The notes beneath the pieces were generated by a model. The model was not told the DNA's origin. It was given only the letters and a program-made list of their open reading frames with translations, and made no database searches. A program made the translations under genes and the position numbers. Of a stretch of 64,000 bases of DNA, positions 28,007 to 40,650 are shown piece by piece (the first letter of the stretch is position 1; every line of letters begins with the position of its first letter). The DNA is from Eledone cirrhosa (Eukaryota): positions 82,150,001-82,214,000 of the forward strand of contig OZ024746.1 in assembly GCA_964016885.1 (NCBI GenBank). Direction: 5' to 3'.

Positions 28007-28387
28007 TCTCGGATATGTTACTTATTGCTTCAGAACTCGCTTATTAATTTTTCAGATTTTTTCAACCACCTCCCCGCTGTTAATCCACACAACCTCCCGC
28101 TTATTAAATTTTGCTAATCTATCTCCGGTGAAATTTTATTTTAAGTGGTAGCATTCCTGCGACCATTCATTTTCTTTAGACATTAAAAAACATTATGCAT
28201 GACAAAAAAAGAACATTACAATCTCGTGCGTTACAAAATAAATAAGATGAGTTGGGGTCTCAATATGTAAACTAAACGACTACTTCTGGTTTTAAAAAAA
28301 TCAAGGGAGACAATCTAGAAAAATTATCGATTTTCCAATCCCTCCTCCTCTTATTCCAACACTCACCTATTATTTAGGACCCGAGTA
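28007..28387. mobile_element. Tc1/mariner-type MITE remnant
   Basis: Imperfect terminal IR ctctcgga / ggacccgagta and subterminal ccccgct..ttatt repeats. Confidence 0.45.
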
Positions 28388-28746
28388 TATGCTTCACATG
28401 TGAAGCAACTTGTATTACGTCAACTACTGGAATAACCTCAACACCACAGAATAACAAGCGAAATTTTTTATTGTTGTTTTAGACGAAATGTTTATCATAT
28501 ATTCTAGACTATGGGTCGCAGGATATCGAAATTACAGTTATGTTATATATTTTTCACATGTTGATATCACAACTATAATTTTCTTTTTCACCACAACAAA
28601 GCTATGCTTACAATGATTATACATCCTATCATATCATTTTAGCGTGCAGATAATGATTTTAAGATATATGATAACCATATAATTAGCATAGGGTTTGATC
28701 ATCACTGTAGCAAAAAGTAGCAAATAAAATATAGGGATATGAAATA

Positions 28747-29062
28747 CAGTTGTTCCCCGATATTTGCGGTGTTTACGTTCCTAGAGCACCCATGAAGAAT
28801 GAAAAACCGCAAATATTGGATGTGGTCCATAAAAATGCTTATAAATGTCAAAACAACGTAAAATATAGGCCAGCAAATACGGTATATTGTTATTAATAAT
28901 TCAGCGCTAAAAAGCGTGAAAATATATATATTGCCACAAAAAAGCCATAAAAAATCGCGGAAGAAATTTACGAATCCGCGAATATGCGGTGGTTTTCACG
29001 AATTAGTTAGGTTCTAAGGAAAATTCTGCGAATAACCGGGATCTTGAATGCCGGTAACACTG
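28747..29062. mobile_element. Tigger/pogo-like MITE
   Basis: ta-cagttgttcccc...gccggtaacactg; homologous in opposite orientation to 58479-58857. Confidence 0.75.
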
Positions 29063-29500
29063 CATATAATTTAATAGGTTAAATTGATAATTCCAATATT
29101 GGTTAACTCTTAATTCAAACTTGTTCTACTCAGCAGAAAGTTGATAGAAAATACTTATATACATATTAAATATTTGTGCACAACACAGAGTATATAAGAA
29201 AATCTAAGATAAATTAATTTAAATTTAACTACAGTTTTAAATTGCTGCGAAAAGGAGCAAGTATAATCACTTTGTTTCTCTTCACACACAAAAACATAAG
29301 AGGTTGCTTTTAAATATTTCACGGTTAGTTGGTCGTTCATTAGAAGACAAGTACTCTTATCATTCCCCTACAAAGAGAAATTATAGCAAATGGTATTTAT
29401 GAACATAAACCATGACTTAACTGAAATGGGCAGTCTAATTTGTATAACATGCATTCGTTTAGCAATGTAGTTCCTTAGCTAATAAACATTTATGTAGACG

Positions 29501-30352
29501 CAGATTTCGTTGTGTGGTGAATAGTTTCCTTTGCATACACGAGGTCTCGGGTTCGATGGACTCAGATTTCGTTGTGTGGTGAGTTGTTTCCTTTGCATAC
29601 ACGAGGTCTCGGGTTCGATGGACTCAGATTTCGTTGTGTGGTGAGTTGTTTCCTTTGCATACACGAGGTCTCGGGTTCGATGGACTAAGATTTCGTTGTG
29701 TGATGAGTAGTTTCCTTTGCATACACGAGGTCTCGGGTTCGATGGACTCAGATTTCGTTGTGTGGTGAGTTGTTTCCTTTACATACACGAGGTCTCGGGT
29801 TCGATGGACTCAGATTTCGTTGTGTGATGAGTAGTTTCCTTTACATACACGAGGTCTCGGGTTCGATGGACTCAGATTTCGTTGTGTGGTGAGTTGTTTC
29901 CTTTACATACACGAGGTCTCGGGTTCGATGGACTACGATTTCGTTATGTGGTGAGTAGTTTCCTTTACATACACGAGGTCTCGGGTTCGATGGACTAAGA
30001 TTTCGTTGTGTGATGAGTAGTTTCCTTTACATACACGAGGTCTCGGGTTCGATGGACTCAGATTTCGTTATGTGGTGAGTAGTTTCCTTTACATACACGA
30101 GGTCTCGGGTTCGATAGACTAAGATTTCGTTGTGTGATGAGTAGTTTCCTTTACATACACGAGGTCTCGGGTTCGATAGACTAAGATTTCGTTGTGTGAT
30201 GAGTAGTTTCCTTTACATACACGAGGTCTCGGGTTCGATGGACTAAGATTTCGTTGTGTGATGAGTAGTTTCCTTTACATACACGAGGTCTCGGGTTCGA
30301 TGGACTAAGATTTCGTTGTGTGATGAGTAGTTTCCTTTACATACACGAGGTC
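29501..30352 (+). repeat. 62-bp tandem array (~13.7 units) of a tRNA-derived SINE head
   Basis: Unit cagatttcgttgtgtggtgagtagtttcctttacatacacgaggtctcgggttcgatggact has A-box-like and B-box (gggttcgat) motifs; runs into a SINE body ccactgcatggcac. Confidence 0.9.
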
Positions 30353-31306
30353 CCACTGCATGGCACATTCTTTATCATAGCATCTGGTCAACCTGAGCAT
30401 TGTGAGAGAGACTGAGTTGAGTGAAAATATTTGGAAATCCGTCGAGTGGATTATACCTGTAATTCGAAGGTTCAGCCTTGTCACATATTGTGTCACATGT
30501 TGTCTACCTGAGAATTACGTTAGGGGTACATGTGTCTGTGGAATACTCAACCATTTGCACGTTATTTCAAGAGTCGGAGGTTCAGTTGATCTAACAAGTG
30601 AAAGCTCATCGTCGAAAACACCCAGCATGTATAAGAGAATATCAGATATATTTAACCTATGTATAAACTCATGTTTTATAACCCTCTCTGCAAAAAGAGA
30701 AAATGGTTATTGATCAGAAGACTCTTAGCTTTTCTACAACGAAATGAATTTATAGCAATCACTGTTTATGTGAAACGAAAACCAGGACTTTACTAATATA
30801 TACGAATTTATGACGAGATATATCAGTTTCTGAAAGACAGATCCAACAACCACATACTTGAAAAATCTATTAAGTTTAACATCATATATATGATTCTTCG
30901 CATGAATATATGTTTGGAGGGCAGGTTGTAAACGTAGCATCTATCTTTAGTTTGTATAGCTGACAATCAATATCTTGATAGAACTAAGAGTGTGGTAAGA
31001 GCAGTTAAAGAATGTCCTCATTCCATAAAACTCCTATAACTAGTTATACGATATATAAATAAATATATATACATATCAAAGCTAAAACATAAGAATACTA
31101 TGCACGTGCCTATATGTGTATTTATGTGGGAATGGTCATTTGTGCATGCGAGTACGTGTATTCAATGTTAAATATTTATTGTTTATGATTACAAGTATTT
31201 GTATGTATCTATCTATATATATAGAGAGAGAGAGAGAGATAGATAGATATATGTTGATTTAAAACACTATCCACAAGTGTTTTTTAACCTTCATATCATA
31301 TCTTCC

Positions 31307-31377
31307 TATTTTATCTGATGAAAACACAAATGTTATTACATGATGATATTTGTTTTTGAAATGCGCATAATAAAATA
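31307..31377 (+). ncRNA. Type I hammerhead ribozyme, family B2 (element ~31257-31410)
   Basis: tattttat-CTGATGA-aaacacaaatgttatt(acat)gatgatatttgttttt-GAAA-tgcgca-TA-ataaaata; perfect 8-bp stem I; palindromic stem III. Confidence 0.82.
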
Positions 31378-31432
31378 CATGGAACTCTTTTAACCATCTT
31401 TTGATCTTATATATATATATATATATATATAT

Positions 31433-31658
31433 GTAGTAATAATAATAAATTTGAAGACTAAAATCCAAAGAGGGCTCGATAAGGATAAATATATATCAAA
31501 TATATAAGAACCGTAGAGCAAATATTTATTAAAATAACAGATTAAAGTTTAAGCAAAGAATCGCTGCTTTCACCCTTAACGGAATCTTCTGAAGAACCCG
31601 TTAAGGGTGAAAGCAGCGATTCTTTGCTTAAACTTTAATCTGTTATTTTAATAAATAT
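31433..31658. mobile_element. Family C HHR fold-back element
   Basis: 137-bp near-perfect palindrome 31522-31658 centred on T31590, inside the HHR core (tcttc-t-gaaga). Confidence 0.8.
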
Positions 31659-31674
31659 ATTTATGTATACACAC

Positions 31675-32697
31675 ACAGCTATTCTAATAAACCAAATTTC
31701 ACTCTAAAAGAAACATGTCACAGGTCCTGCGCAAAGAGATGGAACATTGAGCCACGTGATTGGCTCAATTTCTTAACTACACAGTCCAGCTTATTTATAA
31801 CGATGCTACATAATTTATATATGCTTAGACCCGTAAACCTGATGGAGTCAAGGAGCGTCATAGTGACATACAGCGTGTCTCGGGAATTTTGAACCTGGCA
31901 GAGTTCATTCACACTTTAGGTCTGAACACGGCCAATTTCTTCCAGAGAAGAAAGAAGAATTATGATAAAGAGGAAGTGAGCAAGAGATGAAGAAAAATAG
32001 ACCCCAGTGCTAGACTTGTACTTTTTTATCGACCTCGAAAGGATGAAAGGCAAAGTTGAACTCAGAGCACAGAGAGACGGAACAAATTCCGTAAAGCATT
32101 TTATTCGACATTCCAACGGCTCTGCCAATTTACCTCTTAAACATAATTTAAGTATATATGTATATATGACTCCTGAGGGAGTCGTAAGGACGCCGTATTG
32201 ACATACGGCATTTCTAGGACAATTTAAAAAAATGGTGGAGCCCAGCTCTTCCCCAGGTTTGAATACAGTAGATTTCTCCCAGAGAAGGATAGAGAGTGAA
32301 AGAATGGAAGTGATAAAGAGATATAGAGGAAGAATCGAGCTAAGTACTAGACTGGAACTTTTTTTATCGACCTTTAATGAGTGAGAAGCAAAGTTAATCT
32401 CTTCAAGATTTGAAATCTGTGAGTAGAGAGCCGAAACGAATACTGCAAACTACTTATTCGACGTTTCTCCGAATCTGCTAATTCACCGCCTATATCTAAT
32501 TTATAGCCATGTCTAAATACAAACACTTATATATATATATATATATATTGATATATCTCATATGAAATAATACAGCCAATTATCCACACAATTAGCACCC
32601 CGAACGTTTAATTAGGAATATACTCACTTATTTCCTAATGTTTGTTGAGTGAGTTGGAATTTGGCCGGAGTATCGCTAAAAGCTTCCTCCGATAATG

Positions 32698-32762
<65 letters not shown>

Positions 32763-32913
32763 AAAACATTATCGGAGAAAGCTAAAAGCGATACTCCGGC
32801 CAAATCCCAACTCACTCAACAAACATTAGGAAATAAGTGAGTATATTCCTAATTAAACGTTCGGGGTGCTAATTGTGTGGATAATTGGCTGTATTATTTC
32901 ATATGAGATATAT

Positions 32914-32948
<35 letters not shown>

Positions 32949-33799
32949 TGTTTGTATTTAGACATGGCTATAAATTAGATATAGGCGGTGAATTAGCAGA
33001 TTCGGAGAAACGTCGAATAAGTAGTTTGCAGTATTCGTTTCGGCTCTCTACTCACAGATTTCAAATCTTGAAGAGATTAACTTTGCTTCTCACTCATTAA
33101 AGGTCGATAAAAAAAGTTCCAGTCTAGTACTTAGCTCGATTCTTCCTCTATATCTCTTTATCACTTCCATTCTTTCACTCTCTATCCTTCTCTGGGAGAA
33201 ATCTACTGTATTCAAACCTGGGGAAGAGCTGGGCTCCACCATTTTTTTAAATTGTCCTAGAAATGCCGTATGTCAATACGGCGTTCTTACGACTCCCTCA
33301 GGAGTCATATATACATATATACTTAAATTATGTTTAAGAGGTAAATTGGCAGAGCCGTTGGAATGTCGAATAAAATGCTTTACGGAATTTGTTCCGTCTC
33401 TCTGTGCTCTGAGTTCAACTTTGCCTTTCATCCTTTCGAGGTCGATAAAAAAGTACAAGTCTAGCACTGGGGTCTATTTTTCTTCATCTCTTGCTCACTT
33501 CCTCTTTATCATAATTCTTCTTTCTTCTCTGGAAGAAATTGGCCGTGTTCAGACCTAAAGTGTGAATGAACTCTGCCAGGTTCAAAATTCCCGAGACACG
33601 CTGTATGTCACTATGACGCTCCTTGACTCCATCAGGTTTACGGGTCTAAGCATATATAAATTATGTAGCATCGTTATAAATAAGCTGGACTGTGTAGTTA
33701 AGAAATTGAGCCAATCACGTGGCTCAATGTTCCATCTCTTTGCGCAGGACCTGTGACATGTTTCTTTTAGAGTGAAATTTGGTTTATTAGAATAGCTGT
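31675..33799. repeat. ~1 kb inverted duplication centred on (TA)n
   Basis: 31675-32701 is the reverse complement of 32760-33799; mirrored identical ORFs in the track. Confidence 0.95.
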
Positions 33800-33964
33800 T
33801 TTACTTTGGGAATTCATTTGCCTATTGGTTTGTTTCAGAATCCACATGCTCTTCGAAAATCGGATGACAATTTGTATCTATGTAGACATTCGCTGTCTCC
33901 GTATAGATAGAAGCATTTATTTGTATCGTTGTTGTAAACGTGATGTATATGTTATTTCTTGTTG

Positions 33965-34020
<56 letters not shown>

Positions 34021-34022
<2 letters not shown>

Positions 34023-34161
34023 GGAAAAGAGTCAGGACCCCGGCGGCTGAGCTCCGGCCGTCTCGACAGCTAGATCCGAATCTATTACCCACTCTACTAC
34101 TCTAAGTATTGAGTACTTTGGTGCGTTATGGTCCACCTGGTATCTTACCACACCCTCTTTG

Positions 34162-34163
<2 letters not shown>
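34021..34163. mobile_element. Family D element with internal inversion
   Basis: 34021-34080 is collinear with 16658-16718, while 34084-34163 is the reverse complement of 16580-16659; (TA)n flanks. Confidence 0.75.
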
Positions 34164-34207
<44 letters not shown>

Positions 34208-34962
34208 AAACGAGGTCATTGTATTGCAATGAATTTTATTTGTATTGTTGGAAGATTTATTTGTTTTCTAGATCTTCTTTTAATTACTCGATGCATTCCA
34301 TATGTTCACTCCGATGTGTATTTTTGATTACATACCTCATGTATATCATGTTTCTGGCTTGATACCAATTTGTTTCCTATCGTGGTCACGTATAACGCCG
34401 CAAATGTGAACACTGGGGGGAAACTAATAGCTACTCCATTTTCTTGTTCATATAATATACCATATAGTTTGTCCACGTTTCATTTGTCATCTCATGAGGA
34501 AAGAATTGTATCACATTATTTTGATATATGGAAGAGCATTACATTTTATTTCCATTTGTTAAACTCTCGTATTCCTATAAATAATTGTTTCTACATTTAG
34601 CACAAGGCCGGCAATTTGAAGGGTAGGAAAAGGTCGATTAAATCGACGCCAGTGCGTCACTGATACTTTATTTTATCGACTCCATAAGGATGAAAGGCAA
34701 AGTTAACTTCAGCAGGATGTGAACTCCCATATTCCTATTGATAATGGTTGAACATTTTGTCTTTTAATCATTTCTTGTTTCTCCGTTTGGTATCATTTTC
34801 CAGTACGTGGTAACTAGCTAGACCTGTTAGAAATAGCAGCAAAGCACTATGTCGTATGGTATGTATGTATATATGTATGTAATTATGTATGTATGTATGC
34901 ATGCATATATGTATGTATGCATTGCATGCATTCGTGCGTGTATTTAGGTATGCCTGTATGTA

Positions 34963-35160
34963 TTTCTGGTTTTAAAATTTTATAAATTTTTACCAATAGA
35001 GAGAGCGTCGGTTTTTAACATAGACACAAGACTCTTTCACTGGAATTTAGACAACATCAACTAGGTAGATATGTCTGCATGCGTGCGTGTGTGTGTGCAG
35101 GTATGGATGTTATTATAATTGTGGATGTGGCTGTTTTGAGTTGTATGTATGTATCCATGT
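34963..35160 (-). mobile_element. Dong family 2 3' UTR
   Basis: Reverse complement of ~23370-23546; abuts a degenerate (TATG)n tract. Confidence 0.75.
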
Positions 35161-35342
35161 TTTCTGTTATGTGGGGTCATATTCTCCATTATTTAGTCTG
35201 TTATTTTATAATCAAATAATTCGATGAAGCCTCTAGCTTTCTCATGAATTTCAAATTCCGTATATCGCTTCCAAACACGCGTTCTTTTCTTTATCTATTG
35301 CTATCTTCGTACAACTTTAGAATAACGGAAGAAAATGTGACT

Positions 35343-35413
35343 GGCACTTTCGTGTAATGGTAGCATTTCAGCCCGGCACGCATGAAGGTGTAGGTTCGAG
35401 TCCCACAGAAATT
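35343..35413 (+). pseudogene. tRNA-like sequence (SINE head or pseudo-tRNA)
   Basis: A box tcgtgtaatggt, T-arm gtaggttcgagtcccac; acceptor stem poorly paired. Confidence 0.45.
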
Positions 35414-35689
35414 AGTGTAATATTTTTTCCATTAATAGCAAAATATATTCGATGAAGCTTCTAACATTCTCATAAACATATATGTGTGTGTATGTATATA
35501 TGTATGCATGTAGGTATTATGCATGCATATGTTTGTATGTATGTAATCATCTACTGGTGTCATTGCTGAGGTGTCAGGAATAGACCTGAGAATCTACTCT
35601 TTACTAAAATGCTCCAAATAGCTTGCGTCTCATATACGTTCTGGCAACCGAAGCTCAGCTGCTGCTCTTCCCGTGGCAATGTTTAGAAT

Positions 35690-36430
35690 TGACAATAAAA
35701 AGGGGCAATGACGAGTTACTAGCGCCATAAAACCGGTTAGACAGAACTTTTCATTCTTGGGTAGCAGTCTATCTAGGAGAAGGATCACTCTGATTTTAAA
35801 CTCAGAAAACCCCCTGGCTGGTGTCAGGGTGCACAGTAAGTCCATTGGGAATGATGGCCACCAAACTGCTGTTACAGAATTTTTCTACGAGAGAGAAACC
35901 CTGAAGTGAGACCTGTGGTTTACGTGATCACTGGTCGTCTTGTTTAGACCTGTCACCAGATAATAATCGCTTTGAGTTGGAGAGAGTGGTATTCGTGTTG
36001 TGCAAACGATTATCACTATAATCCAATGATGTGCAGATGTCTCTTTTGCGATCTTCTCTTCTGCCATTCCCCCTGTATATCTTTGGTGCCCTATTTTGTT
36101 TTTTGGCACAAATCAGGACTCTGAATTCTTGGCACTACTTATAGATAGCAGATATATCACAGTGGCTCTTTTGGGTGTCACACAAGATTGCGACAATAAA
36201 ATACTGCCACTTCCGTAGTTTCGTCACCTCGAAAGGGGAAGTATAGGCAGGAGTAGATGCAATTTTCTGGCAGCCATACTGTCTTAGTCCTATATTGGAG
36301 TTTTTTCTGGGAGGTGGGGCATTGGTTTCGTCATGCTGGTGTATATCTTTCACATGGGTGGAGAGATTCTAGCGGTGATGGAATTGGACGATCGTTAGAG
36401 AGATAGCACTCTTCCGAGAAGTAGAACCAG
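35690..36430. pseudogene. Rearranged RTE 5' region/endonuclease remnant
   Basis: RTE 5' motif ctaggagaaggatcactctgattttaaac at ~35772; weak APE-like fragments downstream on the opposite strand. Confidence 0.4.
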
Positions 36431-36490
36431 TCATCATTTTTGTATGTATGTAGTATATGTTTGTATGTATGTATATATGTGTGTATCTCT

Positions 36491-36590
<100 letters not shown>

Positions 36591-36762
36591 CTCTATATAT
36601 ATATATTCTGAGTTTATATATATATATATATATATATATCAAAAACATGGGGAGAAGAATACTGCATGGTTGCACATGGATTACATATTATAAAATTAGT
36701 CCCTCATCAGTGATTTGCCAACGATCATTGGTATTTCATCGCATTATATATATATATATTCT

Positions 36763-36815
36763 GAGTTTCAGAAGATCCCGTTAAGGGTGAAAGCAGCGAT
36801 TCTTTGCTTAAACTT
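36763..36815 (+). ncRNA. Type I hammerhead-like motif family C with CAGAAGA core
   Basis: gagttt-CAGAAGA-t.ccc(gttaa)ggg.t-GAAA-gca(gcgattctt)tgc-TT-aaactt between (TA)n tracts. Confidence 0.7.
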
Positions 36816-36834
36816 TAATCTGTTATTTTAATAA

Positions 36835-36945
<111 letters not shown>

Positions 36946-37314
36946 GCATGTATGCATGCATAAGTCAATATGGGAGACACGTCTTACTTGTCAGATCTAT
37001 CTTACATTTGTAAGTGGCATAAAAATGGCAGTGGTGTAATTAAAATTAGAACATGCAATAATGGGAAATATAATTGGCTTTTCTCAATTATAGAAACGAA
37101 TGAAGAGAACAATATTTCCATTACAACTTATTATATCTGTTCGTTATTGCCCCTAATAAATGATATCTGCATATATAAGTAGGCAAAATAAACACGGCAA
37201 ATCTTTCATTATGATTTCCAATTTCATGTTCATTAGAGAGATGGATATAAACAGACATTGAGACAGAGAGACGGATGGATAAATATTATGATAAACAGAT
37301 AGATAGATAGAGGA

Positions 37315-37389
<75 letters not shown>

Positions 37390-37404
37390 CATACATACAT
37401 ATAT

Positions 37405-37741
37405 GATGATGGTTGCCCCCTCATTATCGAGTATGGCATTATTAATAATTATTAATAATTATTAATTAATTCTATCGTGCAATGCCTGTGCGTGAAGATA
37501 TTTTTTAAAGTGAGGAAATACTGTGCACTGAGCCAATCCCACTCTCTGGGCGACAGTAGCTGTAACCCGAAAAGAAGAAAAGATCAACATCATCGGTAAC
37601 TACTGAGCCGCAGGTTTTATATCGGAGCTAACCCAGTTTCCTCAATTGCCTTCTCCTAGAAGAATGTCCTGACAAAAGCTAGGGGTCCTTCACTCCCAGT
37701 GGTTTAACCGCGCGATCGGGTGTCCAGGCCGACTATTTCTA
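37405..37741 (-). mobile_element. RTE-derived element family 2
   Basis: Homologous to 21541-21870; TACA flanks. Confidence 0.8.
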
Positions 37742-37850
37742 ACATACATACATACATACATACATACATACATACATACATACATACATACATACATGAA
37801 GGGAGATAGATAGAGATGTACCGATGGAGATCCGGTACATATGTGGGGGG

Positions 37851-37910
<60 letters not shown>

Positions 37911-38200
37911 AGTATTTCCGAAGAAAAAAGTAAAGGAAAAAGAGTGCTCTATGCACTCTTCCTAAATTATTTAACCAATTATAGATTTTATATGGATATA
38001 GAGCATAGACTCTTCGTGTCATTGTGATGGTGATTGTAAGCTAGAGTAAATAAAGATATGTTATGTTTTAAAAAACTGTCCTCTAAGCATATTCAAGTGA
38101 AAGTGAAACACCTATAAGATGTTAATTTTATCAGTAGATAGTATGTCATTATCAGACATGCCTTCCAGAGCTGATATATCTACCTCAACTTAAATTTGTG

Positions 38201-38281
<81 letters not shown>

Positions 38282-38429
38282 GTATGTACACACACATACA
38301 TACACACACACATACATACATACATACATACATACATACATACATACATACATACATACATACATACATACATACATACATGCATACATACATATCTATC
38401 TATCTATATATATATATATAGATAGGTAG

Positions 38430-38542
<113 letters not shown>

Positions 38543-39013
38543 TGTACGTGTGTGTTTTATATCAATGTCGTGTTAAGTGGAACAATTTTCCTATATTTTA
38601 AACGGAGAGATGACCAATAATCTAAGATACATACTCACAAGAATTTGGAAATTATCGATTTAACGCGTTAAACAACTCTATAATTCATATGTATCCCAGT
38701 AAGATTTTCTGCAAGATACGTGCAGCTATTATTGCTATTGTGTTTACCAAATTCTATAGTTATCATATATTATCTTAAAATCATTATCTTCACAGAAATA
38801 CAATAGTGTATTTTTCGGTAGAAGTATATAACCACAAGATTAGCTTTGTTACGAAGAAAAAGAAATGTTATATTCTCTTCTGTTAGCTCTTGACCTACAA
38901 ATGAAAGTTTTAACTCCAAGTATATTATTGATTTATTTATGTAATGTCACTGTTTATGTATGTATGTATGTATGTATGTATGTATGTATGTATGTATGTA
39001 TGTATGTATGTAT

Positions 39014-39400
39014 GCCAAGGCAGAATTCTAGGAGAAGGAAAACTCTGATATAACACCTGCAACCCTGATGGTATCCAATGATGTTGACTTGTTCTTCATT
39101 TTGGTAAATATCATCTTGGTTAAGAGAGTGGGACTGGCTTTGTGCAGTGCCTTTGCTCACTATAAAAGCTTCACGGCACAGGCATTGCTTTGTATCTGGA
39201 GATCTCTCTGCACTTGTCGTCACATGGTACCATGGGCCCAGCACTATATGTCAATAATTGTCACAAATGTAGTGTTTGTACCAGAGTGTTCAAGTCGCTG
39301 GCTGGACTAAAAAGTCACACTCGTTCAGCGCATCGGTAGGGGTTCTCCTACATGGATATAAAGTAGTGGCCGTACTCGAAAACGAGTTGGCAGCCACCAT
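39014..39400 (+). mobile_element. RTE-derived element family 1
   Basis: Reverse-complement copy of 27312-27695, flanked by (TATG)n. Confidence 0.88.
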
Positions 39401-40290
39401 GTATGTATGTATGTATGTATGTATGTATGTATGTATGTATGTATGTATGTATGTATGTATGTGTGTATATATATATATGTGCGTGGGTGTGAGTATGCGG
39501 GTGTATGTGTGTTCTTATATTAACAAAAAATAATTTCATCTTGATGTTCGCGTTCATCTTGTGTATGACATCATTTAAGAAAAATAACACAACTCTTCAA
39601 TTTTACCCAGAAACTTTTAGCTTTGCAAAACTTTCACTTTTGCTGGGGCTGTTTGTATTTCCTACTACGTCCAAGTTTCAATCTTTTGGATCAATTCCAA
39701 AAGAGGTTCCGAGATTTATAAAACTCTGGGATCCACCAATGATATACAAGACTCCTTTGAATATGAGGACAGATGAAGCTCCTGATTCCTAGCAGTCTGT
39801 GTCAGTTAATTTACAATTAGATAATACTTTCATATTCAAGTCATTATCTGTTTTTAGAACTGTATCATTCGTATCATTCGTAAAGAACAATATCAACTCC
39901 GAGGAAATATGCATGAGTCACTTCGAGGCTATTGTAGACATCACTTTCCCAAGATGGCACTCACTGAGAGAGAATTGGAAATCGTATGGCTGCAAAACTA
40001 CGCCTGCGTCTATTTATATATATATATATATATAACGAAGAAAACATTCTATTTCTACCTAAGTATGCTTGGGGTTTCCTCTATCTTAGTTCGTAATTGG
40101 GAAGGTGATACAGCCGAGGTCTACTCACCTGGGTTGTGAGGAGGTTCGAAGGTAAGATATGTCCTATATATTCTGTGTTTACACGAGGTAACGAGTTCAT
40201 CCTTTTTGTTTAACAATTGATCCTTTGCAAACAGCATCTGGATATATATATATATATGATTCACAACTAACCATCTATTCGCTCTGTTAC

Positions 40291-40321
<31 letters not shown>

Positions 40322-40484
40322 CTTCTTCTAATTGACCTCGGCGAGATTTAAACTCAGAACGTAAAGAGCCGGAACAAATACTGCAAAACCTATTCTGATT
40401 ATATAAATTATTGTGAGATTTACGTTAACTAGGCAAATTACAAGTTAGTTAAAATGATATTTAAGAAACATTTAAAACATTAAC

Positions 40485-40650
40485 TATTATGAGCAAATGG
40501 GATCCCACGAGCTGGCCGCCCCACGGCCCCGGCGAATAGAATAGAGAAGGCGTCTCCCTATGGATGAGCCATTCCATCTCGCGAGGCTCACACCTGCTGC
40601 TAGCCAGCTCATCGCCTATGGTGGTGAGTAGGGACGTCTAAGGGAAAATG
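40485..40650 (-). pseudogene. CRE-like LINE 3' end
   Basis: rc TSLLTTIGDELASSRCEPREMEWLIHR homologous to 7235-7305; GC-rich tail shared with 54423-54490 (+). Confidence 0.55.

Noticed and set aside
29501-30352. CRISPR-like array or tRNA gene cluster
   Set aside because: No unique spacers, eukaryotic context, and units lack a complete cloverleaf
31718-33756. Pairs of identical ORFs on opposite strands
   Set aside because: By-product of the inverted duplication; SINE-derived or random sequence
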